From the NCBI RefSeq assembly GCF_009914755.1, contig NC_060927.1: 64,000 nucleotides of DNA; one strand, given 5' to 3'. The notes under the pieces are model-generated. The model was given only the letters and a program-made list of their open reading frames with translations, was not told the DNA's origin and searched no databases. The DNA is from the human T2T-CHM13v2.0 reference genome, Homo sapiens. The translations under genes and the position numbers were made by a program. Below, in pieces: positions 44,345-59,410 of the stretch; the first letter of the stretch is position 1; each line of letters begins with the position of its first letter.

Positions 44345-44860
44345 AGCAAAAGCAAAGGATTTGAGATTTTATTCTATTGGTAGGCTAGATATTTTAACCT
44401 GTTACATTTTCATATTTGCTGGCAAAAGACATGGATATGTGGGACAGGGAAAATGGACTGGATTGCACCGAACTCAACAGGCAGCATGAGTTTCAGATTT
44501 GCTTCTGTTTACCTTGTCCCTAAAGTTCCCTGGGGATAAGGCAGAGGCAGGCCCAGATAGATGCTCCAAAGGCAGTGGGATTGCTCCAGAGGCAGTCGGT
44601 TTGCTCCACAGATAAGGAAACTTGAGTTTATTAAACTGACAATCTTATAAGGGTTTTGCTAGTAAATCTGTCCCGTCTTAGCTCCGGAGGGGATAAAGAT
44701 TGTGGACGCTATGTCTGTCTTCTCAGACTGTGTGTTATACAAACAACCTTGAGAAGAGATTCTGGGACAAAAGGTGATACAAGTCATGCAGAAATGCAAG
44801 AAAAAATGGTAAATTGTCTCCCAACAGTATTTACATTTTTTCTACATCTTAGCTTCTGGC
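44345..44860 (-). mobile_element. ERVL LTR (MER54/73/74-like)
   Basis: gctccggagggata...tatacaaacaaccttgagaagagattctgggacaaaagg motif. Confidence 0.5.
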
Positions 44861-45593
44861 AAATTTTCCTATAAATATGACCTTCTGACAGTTTTTTAAA
44901 TTATTCTAACCAAATAGGGATGTGAACAAATTTATTCAATTCATCTTATACAGTATTAAATTGAAGCTACTATCAGTAGGACTGAAGGCAGAGGAATGAG
45001 GCCAACCTGCAGTATTGACTTTAGCCATTCTCCCAGTGTCCCAACTCTCATCCCCTAAACAGTAAATAATTAGAATACTGGGGGCTTTCACTTTAACTTT
45101 TTGTATGAGCTTTTGCATTTTGTCCATGGCATTTATCCAGGTAGGACAGAATGTTCTAATGTTTACAGACTCCGCTTTGCCCCTTAAAAAGGGACTTAGA
45201 GCATTTCCGTTATTTTCAACAATGCTGGCCAGTAACTGAATCCAATTTGAATGATTTTAAGGGTTGAGTAGGTGTTTTCTTAAACATGTAAGGTTTCTTA
45301 TGACCATCCCCGAGGTGCAATTCACCATATTTTCAAGAGAGGCAAGTTAATGCTGGGCTTTCACACAAGAAGTACAATACCCAGAACGCAAATGGTATTC
45401 CTGGAAAGAAAATGTTCACAATTGTTGTGTTCCCCAAGTAAATAAGTGAGTCCTCAGTCATAAATAGCTCTGAAAGGCAAAGATTATTATTTCTCTTTCT
45501 CTTCTCTGTACCTCCTGGAATCTAATGTGTTCCCATCCCAGGAACCAAGGTATTGTCCTCCTTTAAAGCCTCAGATTTTTGGTGTGCCATTCT

Positions 45594-46497
<904 letters not shown>

Positions 46498-46714
46498 TTA
46501 CAAGAGGGTTAAAATCATCTTTATAAATATAATCATAATTGTTTGACTCCCCTCTACCCCTTTCTTACTGGGTTGCCATCTAGAGGTTTTATCAACAAGG
46601 GTAGCTTGAGGTTGCTGTCAGCAGAAAGAATAAAGCATTATACTAAGGAATGATCAGGAAGAAATTGTTAATCTTCAAATTAGCTCTACATATAATTCCT
46701 ATACTCCCTAGGTC

Positions 46715-47065
46715 ATAAACAACATAATCTTACCCAAAGAGAGTTCTGACCTTTGTTTTTGGCTTATTGGGGCTAGTCTCTGAACCCTTAGAATAGCATG
46801 CCCAATAAGAGTGTCTTTGTCTGAGAGCCTTGTGTCACACTGGATAGCCTAACAATGTGATTTAGGGTGGGGGCTTTTAATCATGCAGTATCAGCAGACC
46901 TCTAGAGGAGCTGGAAACTTGAGACTGCGTCACCTATGTGGACAGTCAACGGTACCTGTGTGATTCAGCCGAAAGTAAAACACTGAACACCAAGGCTCAG
47001 CAGGTTGAAAGTACTCCATGTGTATTGCCACACACTGATGCTTGGAAAGTAATGCTGACTCTCTC
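46715..47065 (+). mobile_element. MER68/MER77-like ERVL LTR fragment
   Basis: aataagagtgtctttgt...aacaatgtgatttagggtggggg...gaacaccaaggctcag. Confidence 0.55.
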
Positions 47066-47079
47066 TCTCTCAGTGGACT

Positions 47080-48562
<1,483 letters not shown>

Positions 48563-48780
48563 TCTTTTCAATCTTTTTCATGTTGGTTCCTCCTTATGAT
48601 CATTTTGATAACGCTCGTCAGCTCCCAGTGTCCCCTTTTCCTTGTTCTTAAATTTCCTTGCCCTGCATAACTCTATGTGGAGCAATGAGATAAAATAGAG
48701 AATAAATAATAACGTTCAAACCACAAAAGGAACCTTTTTTACTTCTTCTGGTCCAAGATAAATATTTTATTTCAAGTTAC

Positions 48781-48881
48781 CTCCATGCTCTATGGCCATG
48801 ATTGCCACCATCATTATTTCTTAGACCTCTACCACCACTGTAGCTACTATGGGAGTATATAGTTTTATCAGTGGGGCTTGC
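48781..48881 (-). other. Candidate spliced exon (101 nt), probably lncRNA
   Basis: Long polypyrimidine tract and tttcag|G acceptor; GAG|gtaact donor; I see no repeat similarity; no transcript evidence available. Confidence 0.4.
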
Positions 48882-48974
48882 CTGAAAATAGGACCAGAAA
48901 GACAGAGACAGAAGGTCGTGAGAGACAGAGAGAGAGAGAGATGGAGATGAGGGGGGTGTGTAGTTTCCACTTAC

Positions 48975-49078
48975 TATATCCCTTTTGTTTTCTTTGTTTT
49001 GCTTCTGCTTTTTATTCTTCTTGGGAACACTTCTGTCTGTGTCAGCTATGCAGTTACACAGTTCCGGGATCAGGCTGC
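48975..49078 (-). other. Candidate spliced exon (104 nt) upstream of a 93-nt intron
   Basis: T-rich tract and ctcctgcaag| acceptor; ATA|gtaagt donor. Confidence 0.3.
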
Positions 49079-51059
49079 CTTGCAGGAGATATGGGTTGAA
49101 AAAAACAAGAAAAACAAAACAAAACAAAATAAAAAAAAAAAAGTAGAAAAAGAGTGAATGTACCACTGCATTAGTTCTTGGAATTTATTTCCTTTCCAAG
49201 TTTTCCCACAATTATTTACTTTTCATAAACTATAGGTATTTTATGTATTCTGCATTGGTGGTGGTGGTTGTTGTTGTTGTCATTGCTTACTCTAACTTAG
49301 GTGAATCTGGATGTCTGTCCTGTGATGTTTAAAACTTATAAATTCTATTATTTGAATAAAAACATATAGTTGCAGCTATAGCTGTTTTTCCTTATGACAC
49401 ATTTTTATGGAATAAAAGCCACAGTTAAAATGAAAAAATAAAGCAGAAGTAAAATAACACTAGAAAGAATTTCCATTCCATAATTATATTTTTAAAAATC
49501 TCTTCTACCTTTTACTACTATTCATAATTTCATCAACAAAAACATTGACATGCTAGATTCGTATTTCATTTACTTACACATGGTCGTTAACATAAAAACT
49601 GAACATATAAGTAACCTCTTCTTTTTTTATGTTCATTGATCCTTGGCAGCAGTCTTTTACTTTTATTTTCTATACTTTTCTAAGCACTGTACTGAAAATA
49701 ATTAATTTTGGAGTAAGGCAACAATTTTCTTTGAGACTTTCAAACTTTGTTTACTTTGTTAAAATAGTAGAATAAAAATGCTGAGTGTTTCAGTCTATGA
49801 ATAAGCAATCTGTCACAAAATATATTTCTAATTAAATTCAGTATTTCTACTCTAAATTATTGCATATAAAATTTAACCAGTTGAAGAATTGAACACCTAA
49901 TTAATTCACATATAGATATATGCCCATTTTGCTGCTTGTTTTGGTAACCAAGGTAACCTATTTCTAAACACGTTTTAGTACTGTCAGAACTCTAAACTTT
50001 CAAAGCTACAGATATTAAAAGTAAATGGGTTTTGAGTATACTTGTTTGTTCTAAATCAGTTTTATGTCCTGTTGAGATTTAGAGACAGAATATTTAAAGT
50101 ATCTAATTTTAACATTGGCCTTATTGATGAAAAGGAAAATAATGTATTACTAATCAAGCCATCAAACAATTTGAATCTATTTTGGAGACATGGTGATTGA
50201 AAAAGCAACAGAACAACTGAGTATTTTGTGGATTTCTTTAGTGAAAGGTTGTGCTGTTTTAGTTGAATAGTCAATCAATATTGTGATAGACAATTCACGT
50301 TAATTTCTTCTCTTTTCTCACCCTTATAATTTGCCTACCAAATAGGCATCACATTTCACTTAACTTACCTAGCACAACTGTGAATTTTTTCTCTACATTT
50401 TCCACATTTTAATTAACATATAATAATTATACATATTTATGAGGTATATATGATATCTTCTTACATGTATACAGTATTTAATCATTAAATCAGGGTAACT
50501 GGGATATCCATCACCGCAAATATTTATTATTTCTTGTGTTGAAAAGATTCACGTCTCTTCTAGCTATTTCGAATTATACAGTAAACAATCGATAACCATA
50601 GCCACCATATTGTGCTATCAAACACAAGAATCTGTTTCTTCTATCCAACCATTTATTTCTATACCATTAACCAAAAGCTGTTTATTCCTGTGACCCTCTA
50701 CTCATCCCAGCTTCCAGCAACCACCATTCTACTCATCATCTTCTTGAAACCAACTCTTTAAAGATTCCACATATGAGAGAGTCCATGTGATATTTGGCTT
50801 CCTGTTCCTGGCTTACTTCACTTAACACAATGTTCTCCAGGCTCAATAAAATTGTTGCAATAATAAGATTTCATTTTTTGTGGCTGAATAATATTCCACT
50901 GTGTGCATATCTATATACATATGGCAAATATATATATATATATTTGCCATATCTTCTTTACCCGTTCATCCACTGGCATATATCTATGGCATATATATAT
51001 ATATATATATACTATTATATAAACTATTATATAAACCAATAAACTATTGGTGAGAAAGT

Positions 51060-51220
51060 GGCCGGGCGCGGTGGCTCACACCTGTAATCCCAGCACTTTG
51101 GGAGGCCGAGGCAGGTGGATCACGAGGTCAGGAGATCGAGACCATCCTGACTAACATGGTTAAATTTCCTCTCTACTAAAAATACAAAAAATTAGCCGGG
51201 TGTGATGGCTGGTGCCTGTA
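51060..51220 (+). mobile_element. 3'-truncated AluY-like fragment without poly-A
   Basis: ggccgggcgcggtggctcac...gatcacgaggtcaggagatcgagaccatcctg...ggtgcctgta, then (TA)n. Confidence 0.9.
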
Positions 51221-51713
51221 TATATATATATATATATATATATATGCCATATGTTCTTTACCCATTCATCCACTGATGGACACTTAGGTTGATTCCATAT
51301 CTTGGCTATTGTTGACAGTGCTGCAATAAACATGGAAGTTCAGATATCTCTTAAATGTACTGATTTTATTTCTTCGTTATATATAACCAGCAATGGCATT
51401 GCTGGATCACATGGTAGTTCTATTTTGAATTCTTTGAGGCATCACTAAATCTTTTCCCATAATTGCAGTATTTATTCACATTCTCACCAGCAGTGTAGAA
51501 TAATTCCCCTTTCTCTGCATCTTGACCATTATCTGTCATTTTTTGTATTTTTATTTCAGCCATTTTATCTAGGGTGAGATGATATTTCATTGTGCTTTTG
51601 ATTTTCCTTTCCTTGATGATTAGTGATGTTGACTTTTTTTGTATACCTGGGGGCCACTTGTATGTTGTCTTTTAAAAAATATTTGCTCAGATGTTTCATC
51701 CATTTTTAAAATT

Positions 51714-51750
<37 letters not shown>

Positions 51751-52050
51751 GGAATTGTTTGAGTTCCTTGTATATTCTGGTTATTATTCCCTCATCATGG
51801 ATAGTATGCAAATGTTTTCTCCCATTCTATAGGATGTCTCTTATTTTTTGGTGGTTTCCCTTGCTATCCAGAAGCATTTTAGCTTGATATAATCCATTTA
51901 TCTGTTTTGCTTTTCTTGCATCTGATTTTAAGATCTTACCCCAAAAATCTTTGCCCAGACTAACGTCCTGAATCCTGAAACGTTTCCCAAAATTTTGTTC
52001 TAGTATTTTTATAGTTGTAGGTCTTACATCCAAATCTTTAATTCATTTTA

Positions 52051-52052
<2 letters not shown>

Positions 52053-52094
<42 letters not shown>
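52053..52094. repeat. (TG)n microsatellite
   Basis: Seen directly. Confidence 0.92.
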
Positions 52095-52097
<3 letters not shown>

Positions 52098-53074
52098 CAT
52101 AAGAGACAGGGGTCTAGTTTCATTCTCGTGCATATAAATATCCAGTTTTCACAGCACCATTTATTGAAGGGACTATTCTTTCCCTAGTGTATATTATTGA
52201 CACCTTTGTTAAAAGTGAGTTGGCTGTAAATGCATACATTTATTTCTGTGCTCTCTTGTATGTCATTGGCCTATATGTCTATATTTACGCTGTTACCATG
52301 CTGTTTGGTTATTATAGCTTTGTATATTATTTGAAGTTGAGTAGTGTAATTTCTTCAACTTTTTTCTTTTTGTTCATGTTTGCCTTGAATAGATGAGGTC
52401 TTTTTTGGTCCCATACCAATTTTAAGATGGTCTCTTCTATTTCTGTGAAGATTGTCATTGATATTATGATATGGATTGCATTGAGTCTGTAGATTGCTTT
52501 GAGTAGTATGGGCATTTTAACAGTATAAATTCTTTGAATCCAAGAACATAGGATTTTTTTTTTTCATTTTTAGTGTCTTCTTCAAATTCTTTCATTTGCA
52601 TTTGATGTATTTTGTTGTAGAGGTCCTTCCTTTCTTTAGTTGAATTTATTCCAGGTTATTTTTTTTGGTAGCTAAAGTGGATTGCTTTTTTTTAAAAAAA
52701 TATCTTTTTTAGATTGATTGCTGTTGGTACAAATAAATACTACTGATTTTTGTGTATTGATTTTGTATCCTGAAACTTCACAGAATTTATTAGTTTTAGC
52801 AGGTTTTTTTGGTGGAGTCTTAGGTTTTTCTAATTTAAAAATCATGTCATTTGCAAACAAGACTAATTTAAAGTTTTTGTTTCCAATTTTGATGTCCTTT
52901 AATTCTTTCTTTTACTTAATTACTCTGGCCAGTACTTCCAGTATTATCTTGAATAATGGCAGCAAGAGTGGGCGTGTTTGTTTTGTTCCAGTCTTTAGAG
53001 AAAATTTGTTAATATTTTTCCATTTGGTACTGTGTTAGCTATAGGTTTGTCATACATGGCTTTTGCTCACTCTG

Positions 53075-54900
53075 GCTGGGGGTTTATCAACTTTATTTAT
53101 ATTTCATAAAGACAGCAACTGGTTTTATTGCTTTTCTATATTGGTTTTATTGCTTTTTCTCTGTTGTTTTCTGTTTTTAATTAAATAGAGTCCTCCCCAT
53201 ATTGTTATCATTTTGTTTGTTCTGCTTGCATTGAGTTTAATTTTAGGATTTTTTTCTTTAATTTTAACCATGTTATTTTAAGATCTTTTCATTTTTGATT
53301 GTAAGTTTTGATGCTGTAAATTTTCCTCTACGTCCTGTTTTAGTTAATTTTTTTTGATTTTTTATTTTATTCATTTTAAAACATTTTAAATGCATCCTGA
53401 GACTGCCTCTTTGGCCCATTGGTTATTTTGAATTTTATTGCCTCTTTTCTGAAACCAAATTATTTTTAAATTATCTTTCTGTATTAATTTCTAATTTAAT
53501 TCAATTATGGGCTGAGAAATACTGCATATTATTTATATGCTTTTAACTATATTAAATTTTTTAGACCATAAAAAACATTCTCAATGAATGTTAATATACA
53601 CTTAAAAATAGCATGTCCTTTTCTGTTATTAGTGTTATTAAAAGCATGTTTAATGGAGATCAGTTGGATCAAATTTGTTGATAGTTTTACTTGAGTCTTC
53701 TACATTATTACCAGTTTTCTTCATTTAAATTCTATCAATTTGTAAGAAAGAACAGTGATAAAGACACTCCGTGCTGTTTCTATTAGCTCTGTACTTCTAT
53801 TTATTGTTACTTCATATATTTTGAGTCTCTCTTGTTGGTTATATAGATATCCAAAATTGTTATGACTTTTTGGAGAATTGATTTTACAACAATAGGATTG
53901 TCCTTTTTATCCTTGTTAATATCTCCTGATCTGAAAGCTATTTGACTTTACTTTTGGTTATTGTTTATATGGTAAATCTTCTCCATTCCTGTGCAAACTT
54001 TTTTTGTATCTTTATATTTAAATTCTTTTTGACAACATACTCCTTGCTGTTGTCAACTATGCTTAATCTGAAAATCTCTGTCTTTTACCTAATAAACTTA
54101 GATATTTCACATTAACATGAATACTGATATACATGGATTAAAATTTACAATTAGTTTGTTTTCTATTTGTTCCTTGTCTTTTGTAACTTATAATTTCCTT
54201 GTATTCTACCATTTATCAATTTAATTTAGCATTCATTTTTCTTTTGATTTAATGTCCTCTATTGACAGGTTATTATTATATCTTTTAAAATTTATTTTTG
54301 TGGTTGCCCCAAAACATACTGAATACGTCATCCATTAATCAGAATTTATCTTTATATCATATTACATCACTTCATATATAGTGCAAGTACCTTACAATAG
54401 TACATCTCATATTTCCCTGCCTCTCGTGTTTGGGATATTATTGTTATATATTTTACCCCGTCCTGTGATTTAAATAGAGCATTTTGTTAACAATTTGTTT
54501 TAGACAGCAACTTATCGTTCAGAATGTTTTAAAATAAAAATCAATTTATTTTATCTTTAAATCATTGTGTAAACTCAGATTTTTCTCTGGTAATGTGTCT
54601 TTTTTTATCTTTATTTTTTTGCCTGAAAAACTTCCTTCAATAGTTCTTGTAGTATGAAGGTGGGCTGCCAAAAAACCTGTCAGATTTGTTTGTCTGAAGT
54701 ATAATTATTTCTACTTTTCTGTTTGAAAGATATATTTTTGTCAGTTATATAATTCTCTGTGTGTGTGTGCGCGTGTGTGTGTTTGTGTGTGTGAAAATAT
54801 ATATGCTTTTAAAATACATCCATTCAATGTCTTTCTGTTTTATGGCTTTTGGAGAGAAGTAAGTCCATTCTTTCTTCCTTCTTACTTTCCTTCCTTTCCT
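53075..54900 (-). mobile_element. Old L1M fragment (ORF2 5' part and upstream)
   Basis: T-rich antisense L1 motifs (gatgctgtaaattttcctcta; tctctcttgttggttatataga; ttgtttgtctgaa). Confidence 0.55.
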
Positions 54901-55150
54901 GATTATTCAACAAACCTATTGTAAACGTATAGTGTCATTCTCTGTTCTACTTATGGATATGCAATCTCACAGAAACGCTCTCTGAACATATCTCCAAATA
55001 TGTCCTTAGATAAGTTTCCATTCTTTTCATTTTTTTCCTCATTTATAGGTTTTTTGTCCCATATCCTCTGAGTATTTTATTTGCTTCTAGAAAAGAATAA
55101 TTACATAGAAAATAATGGTTGAGTGCCCATTAACATTTTTCCTGCTTATA

Positions 55151-56403
55151 TTAAGTTGATGCAAAAGTAATTTTAATTTTGCCTTGTTGAAATTTGCCAT
55201 TTAATATTGAAATACCTTCTTAAATAAATTTGTTTATATTATTACATCATTATAATGCACATTTCTCACTTTTTGTTGCTAATGACTTATTATTTGCTGT
55301 TTATTTTGTATTTATTTTAGACTATGAAAATGGTGTCAGACCAAAAGCAAATTCAAGCGATTTTCTTATTTGAGTTCAAAATGGGTTGTAAAACAGCAGG
55401 GTCAACTCGCAACATCAACAGCATTATTTGCCAAGGAACTGCTAACGAATGTACGGTGCAGTGGTGGTTCAAGTAGTTTTGCAAAGGAGATGAGAGCCTT
55501 GAAGATAAGGAGTGTAGTGGCCAGCCATTGGAAGTTGACAACAGCCAATTGAGAGCAATCATAAAAGTTGATCATTTTACAACTATATAAGAAGTTGCCC
55601 AAGAACTCAACTTCGACCATTCTATGGTCATTCCACATTTGAAGCAAATTGGAAGGGTGAAAAAGCTCAATAAGTGGGTGCCTCATGAGCAGACTAAAAA
55701 TGAAAAAAAAAATTATCATTTTGAAGTGTCATCTTCTATTACTCTATGCAACAATGAACCATTTCTTGATCTGATTGTGATGTGTGATGTGTGATGAAAA
55801 GTGGCTTTTATGTGACAACTGGTGAAAACCAACTCAGTGGTTGGACCCAGAAGAAGCTTTAAAGCACTTCCCAAAGTCAAACTTGCACCAAAAAAAGGTC
55901 ATGGTCATTGTTGGGTGTTTTGCTGCCAGCCTGATCCACTACAGCTTTCCGCATTCCAGCTAAACCATGACACATGAGATGTATGCTCAGCAAATTGATG
56001 AGATGCACGCAAAACTGAAACTCATGCAGCCAACATTGATCAACAGAAAGGACCTAATTCTCCACAACAACACCCGATGGCATGTCATACAACCAACAAT
56101 TCAAAAGTTGAATTAATTGGGCTAAGAAATTTTGCTTCATTTGCCATAGTCACTTGACTTCTCCCCAACCGACTACCACTTCTTCAAGCAACTAGACACC
56201 TTTTTGCAGAGAAAATGCTTCCACAATCATCAGGATGCAGAAAATACTTTCGAAGAGTTTCTGGAATCCCAAAGGACGGATTTTTATGCTACAGAAATAA
56301 ACTTATTTCTTGTTGGCAAAACTGTGTTCCTATTTTGATAAATAAACATGTATTTGAGCCTAGTTATAGATTTAAAATTAATGGTCCTAAACTGCAATGA
56401 CTT
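55151..56403 (+). mobile_element. Hsmar1 mariner DNA transposon, near full length
   Basis: Preceded by TA; left TIR ttaagttgatgcaaaagtaatt; complete transposase relic; partial right TIR aaactgcaatgactt. Confidence 0.95.
55324..56342 (+). pseudogene. Hsmar1 transposase pseudogene
   Basis: Translates MKMVSDQKQIQAIFLFEFKMG...NECTVQWWFK*; WVPHE and SPTDYHFFK motifs; in-frame TAG at 55474 and a 7-bp duplication at the first catalytic Asp. Confidence 0.93.
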
Positions 56404-57419
56404 AACTTTAAATATGGTGAGAGGAACTAGAGGCAGAACGATATAGAAATATGCTGATGCACAGGTTACATTTTAAGTCCTCCCGTAAACTGAACTTTGC
56501 ACATGATGACCTACTCCAACTACACAAATGTCTGGGCTAAACTGTATGTACAAATTCATTGTTACTTCTGGAATGGAAAATAAAATACAATAAATAACTT
56601 GTAAAATGTATCGTAAAGGCAATTTCTTTGCTCAATTTACAACTACAGATTTTTTACTTCAAATACAGTTATGCAGTTTTATAGGATATAAAATACAAAT
56701 GACATATATAATATGTCAAAATATGCATGTTAAAGTAATTTTTGCCGTAAGTTTTTCAATACATGTATAAAGTTTATTTTGGCTTAATATTAAAATATTT
56801 CTCTCTAATCTGACATACCTGTGTATCACAACTGCCAGGTAATAAGGAAATTGAATGAATGCCCTGATAACTCTGTAAATTATTTTTGAGGTTCATGGAA
56901 GCATGAAATTTAGCCAAGGCATACTCATCTTTCTCCTCACATCACAAGAAAGTTCAACATGAATGTGTGGGTTTCTTTTACAAATTTAAAATATATTTAG
57001 GAGCGACTACTGATTAGTTCAGGTGGAAAGGATGATTATCTGCTATCTGTTTAAATGCATCTAATATTCCAGGAACACACATAAAGTCACACTGAACATA
57101 TAGACCAAATAGTACTTTGGATATAACAACCTATATATCCATGTTGGATCAGTTGCTTTTTTTATACCTACTCTTTCTAAATGAACATTGTTTGGTACCC
57201 TGCTTTACATATTTACAGAGTGCTTTTGAAATGAGTTGTCACCTATTCTCTTACATTCAGATTTCTTCTTTCACAATATTGTAAATCACTTTTAATTATA
57301 AAATGTTTGTTGACGAATACATAGCGTGAATCAGTTTAAAAGAATGGTCTTTGTTATTAAGATTTCTCTAAATTGGTATTCAACCATCACAATTTTATGG
57401 AGATTTAGAAAGTTAACAT

Positions 57420-57495
57420 TTTTTTATAATCTGTAAAATATGTAAATTACTCTATCTCTGTTTCAGAGTTGGCATAAGGATTAAATGAGTTTCTA
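57420..57495 (+). mobile_element. MIR core fragment
   Basis: aatctgtaaaat...cagagttggcataaggattaaatgag. Confidence 0.5.
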
Positions 57496-58319
57496 TTATT
57501 TCCATAACCTTTATGAGTTTGATCACAATCTTCTAGTAACAAAAACCTTACAATTGATCAAAATACCTGCAATGTGGGTGATTAATGAAAATCATTAATG
57601 TGTATTTGCTTTTGATATAAGTTTCTATTAATGAATTTTAAGATATGTTAGATGTTTAAACAACTCCATACTATTGGCTTGTTCAGCTTAAATTAAATAT
57701 CAAATCTGAGTGAAATGCATGCTTCAAATGCTGCAGTCACATATATATTTTACTTCCCAACAAACAGGTTATTTGTTAGAATTGCAGTCATACAAATTGC
57801 TACGGGGAAAAATTTTGTGCTCTAAATTTAATCAGGTAAAGCTGTAAACATATCAAAGTGCACAAACTGCTGTCAGTTTAATGTGATTTGTTTACTACAA
57901 TTTTTCATATACATATAAGTGAAATTGGAATTATATCTATATTCCCTCTGAAAGTTAATCTGTTATCAAAATAAAAGTGTATAAAATTGTATGTGTATAT
58001 ATGTATGTATGTGTGTGTTTACATACAGTTTTTTACTTGATCAACAGTACTTAAAATCTTATACTATATATAGAGGTGGGGTTTATCTATAAAAAAAAAA
58101 TCACTGACACCTTTCAAACATAATTGTGAATTTCTTAGCTTAAGACCAAAATAGAATGAAAATAAAATGACAGAAATTATAGCAAAGACAAAATATATAG
58201 AATTGCATTGTTAATCTTTTAAATTTTTTCATGCAATTAAAGAAAAAATATATAAAACAACAATGTAAAGTGACCAAGAAAAACTTTTATTCAGATTATT
58301 GTAGATGGAATTCTTCCAG

Positions 58320-58450
58320 GACAGCCTACATATTTTTCCTATTCACCACTGTATGCCTGGAGCCCAGCAGACTTTGGTGCTTAATATACTTGGGAAATAT
58401 TTAAAGAGAAAATAAGTGAACTAAAAGATGAATGATGAATTAATAAATAA
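58320..58450 (+). mobile_element. L2 3' end fragment
   Basis: ttcaccactgtatgcctggagcccagcaga...gaatgatgaat. Confidence 0.55.
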
Positions 58451-58734
58451 ACGTAAAAGTCTACCTATTTTGTTAAAAATCATATTTTAATAAGTATTAT
58501 TTATTAATAAGAAATTTTATTCTTAAATTAAATAAAGCAAATATTTGTTGTGCACTTGATCAATGTAACATGTCATGTCAAATGTTAAAGAAGTGAGTAG
58601 ACATTGGAGCTGCCTTTATATACTTTATTACCTTAAAAAGAGCACATGGCTACTATTAAAAATAAATCGAAGTCAAATGTAAGTGCAATAAAGAAATGCT
58701 GGAGAAAGTGGGGTCAGCTTTGCTTTCCAATAAA

Positions 58735-59030
58735 AAATTTTAACATTGAAATATAATTTACATGTGCTAAAATCTGAAGATGTTAAATGCTTATTTATAT
58801 GAATTCTGACAATTGTATAACCTGCATATTCACCATACAAAACAAGATATATATCTTTCACCTAAGATTGTTTTTTCTTGAACTTTACATGCCCCACTGA
58901 CAACCACCCTTATTTGTACAATCATTGGTTACTTTTGCCAGTTCTTGGACTTCATAGAAATAAAACTATGTAGTAAGTACTCCTGGATTCTTTTGCACAA
59001 CATAATGTTTTTGTGATAAAACAAATTTTA
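58735..59030 (-). mobile_element. Old L1 3' end fragment
   Basis: aacattgaaatataatttacat...ttttgccagttcttggacttcatagaaat. Confidence 0.55.
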
Positions 59031-59410
59031 ATATCATAAAAATATATATGCTTAAAAATCTGAAATATTGTAGAGATAAAACAAAATAAGATGTGTGTGC
59101 TTCCCTCCCCTAACATCTTAAGAGACCCTCCCATCTCTTTGCTTATTGGCCTATCTGATGCTTGTTCGAAGAATCTAGAGGCAGAAATTCTGGAGATCCT
59201 GAAATACTTGTGGTGAGAAACCTGCTTTTCATGATATTAGACTCCTATAAACAAAGTCTGTCTCTGTTTTTTGACACCATTGAGATTTTAGAGTTGTTTG
59301 TTACTGCTATTAGCATACCCTAACTAATAAATAAGTAGATGTTTTGCTTATTGTCATTTTAAGAACTAATACAAATTAAAAATTAAAAAAATAAGACACT
59401 TAATTATCTT

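Larger units (their letters stand above)
50405..53065 (-). mobile_element. L1MA-type 3' portion (about 2.6 kb including insertions)
   Basis: 3'UTR aaatcagggtaactgggatatccatcacc; ORF2 remnants (minus ORFs 52327-52515 and 52672-52860 are L1 ORF2-like). Confidence 0.88.

Noticed and set aside
44880-45580. Possible ERV internal or unique exon-containing sequence between LTR fragments
   Set aside because: I could not recognise a family, a coding motif or a convincing splice-site pair.
55324-56342. SETMAR gene or processed pseudogene
   Set aside because: No SET-domain sequence, TIRs are present, the last catalytic motif has D, and there are multiple stops and frameshifts; it is a transposon copy.
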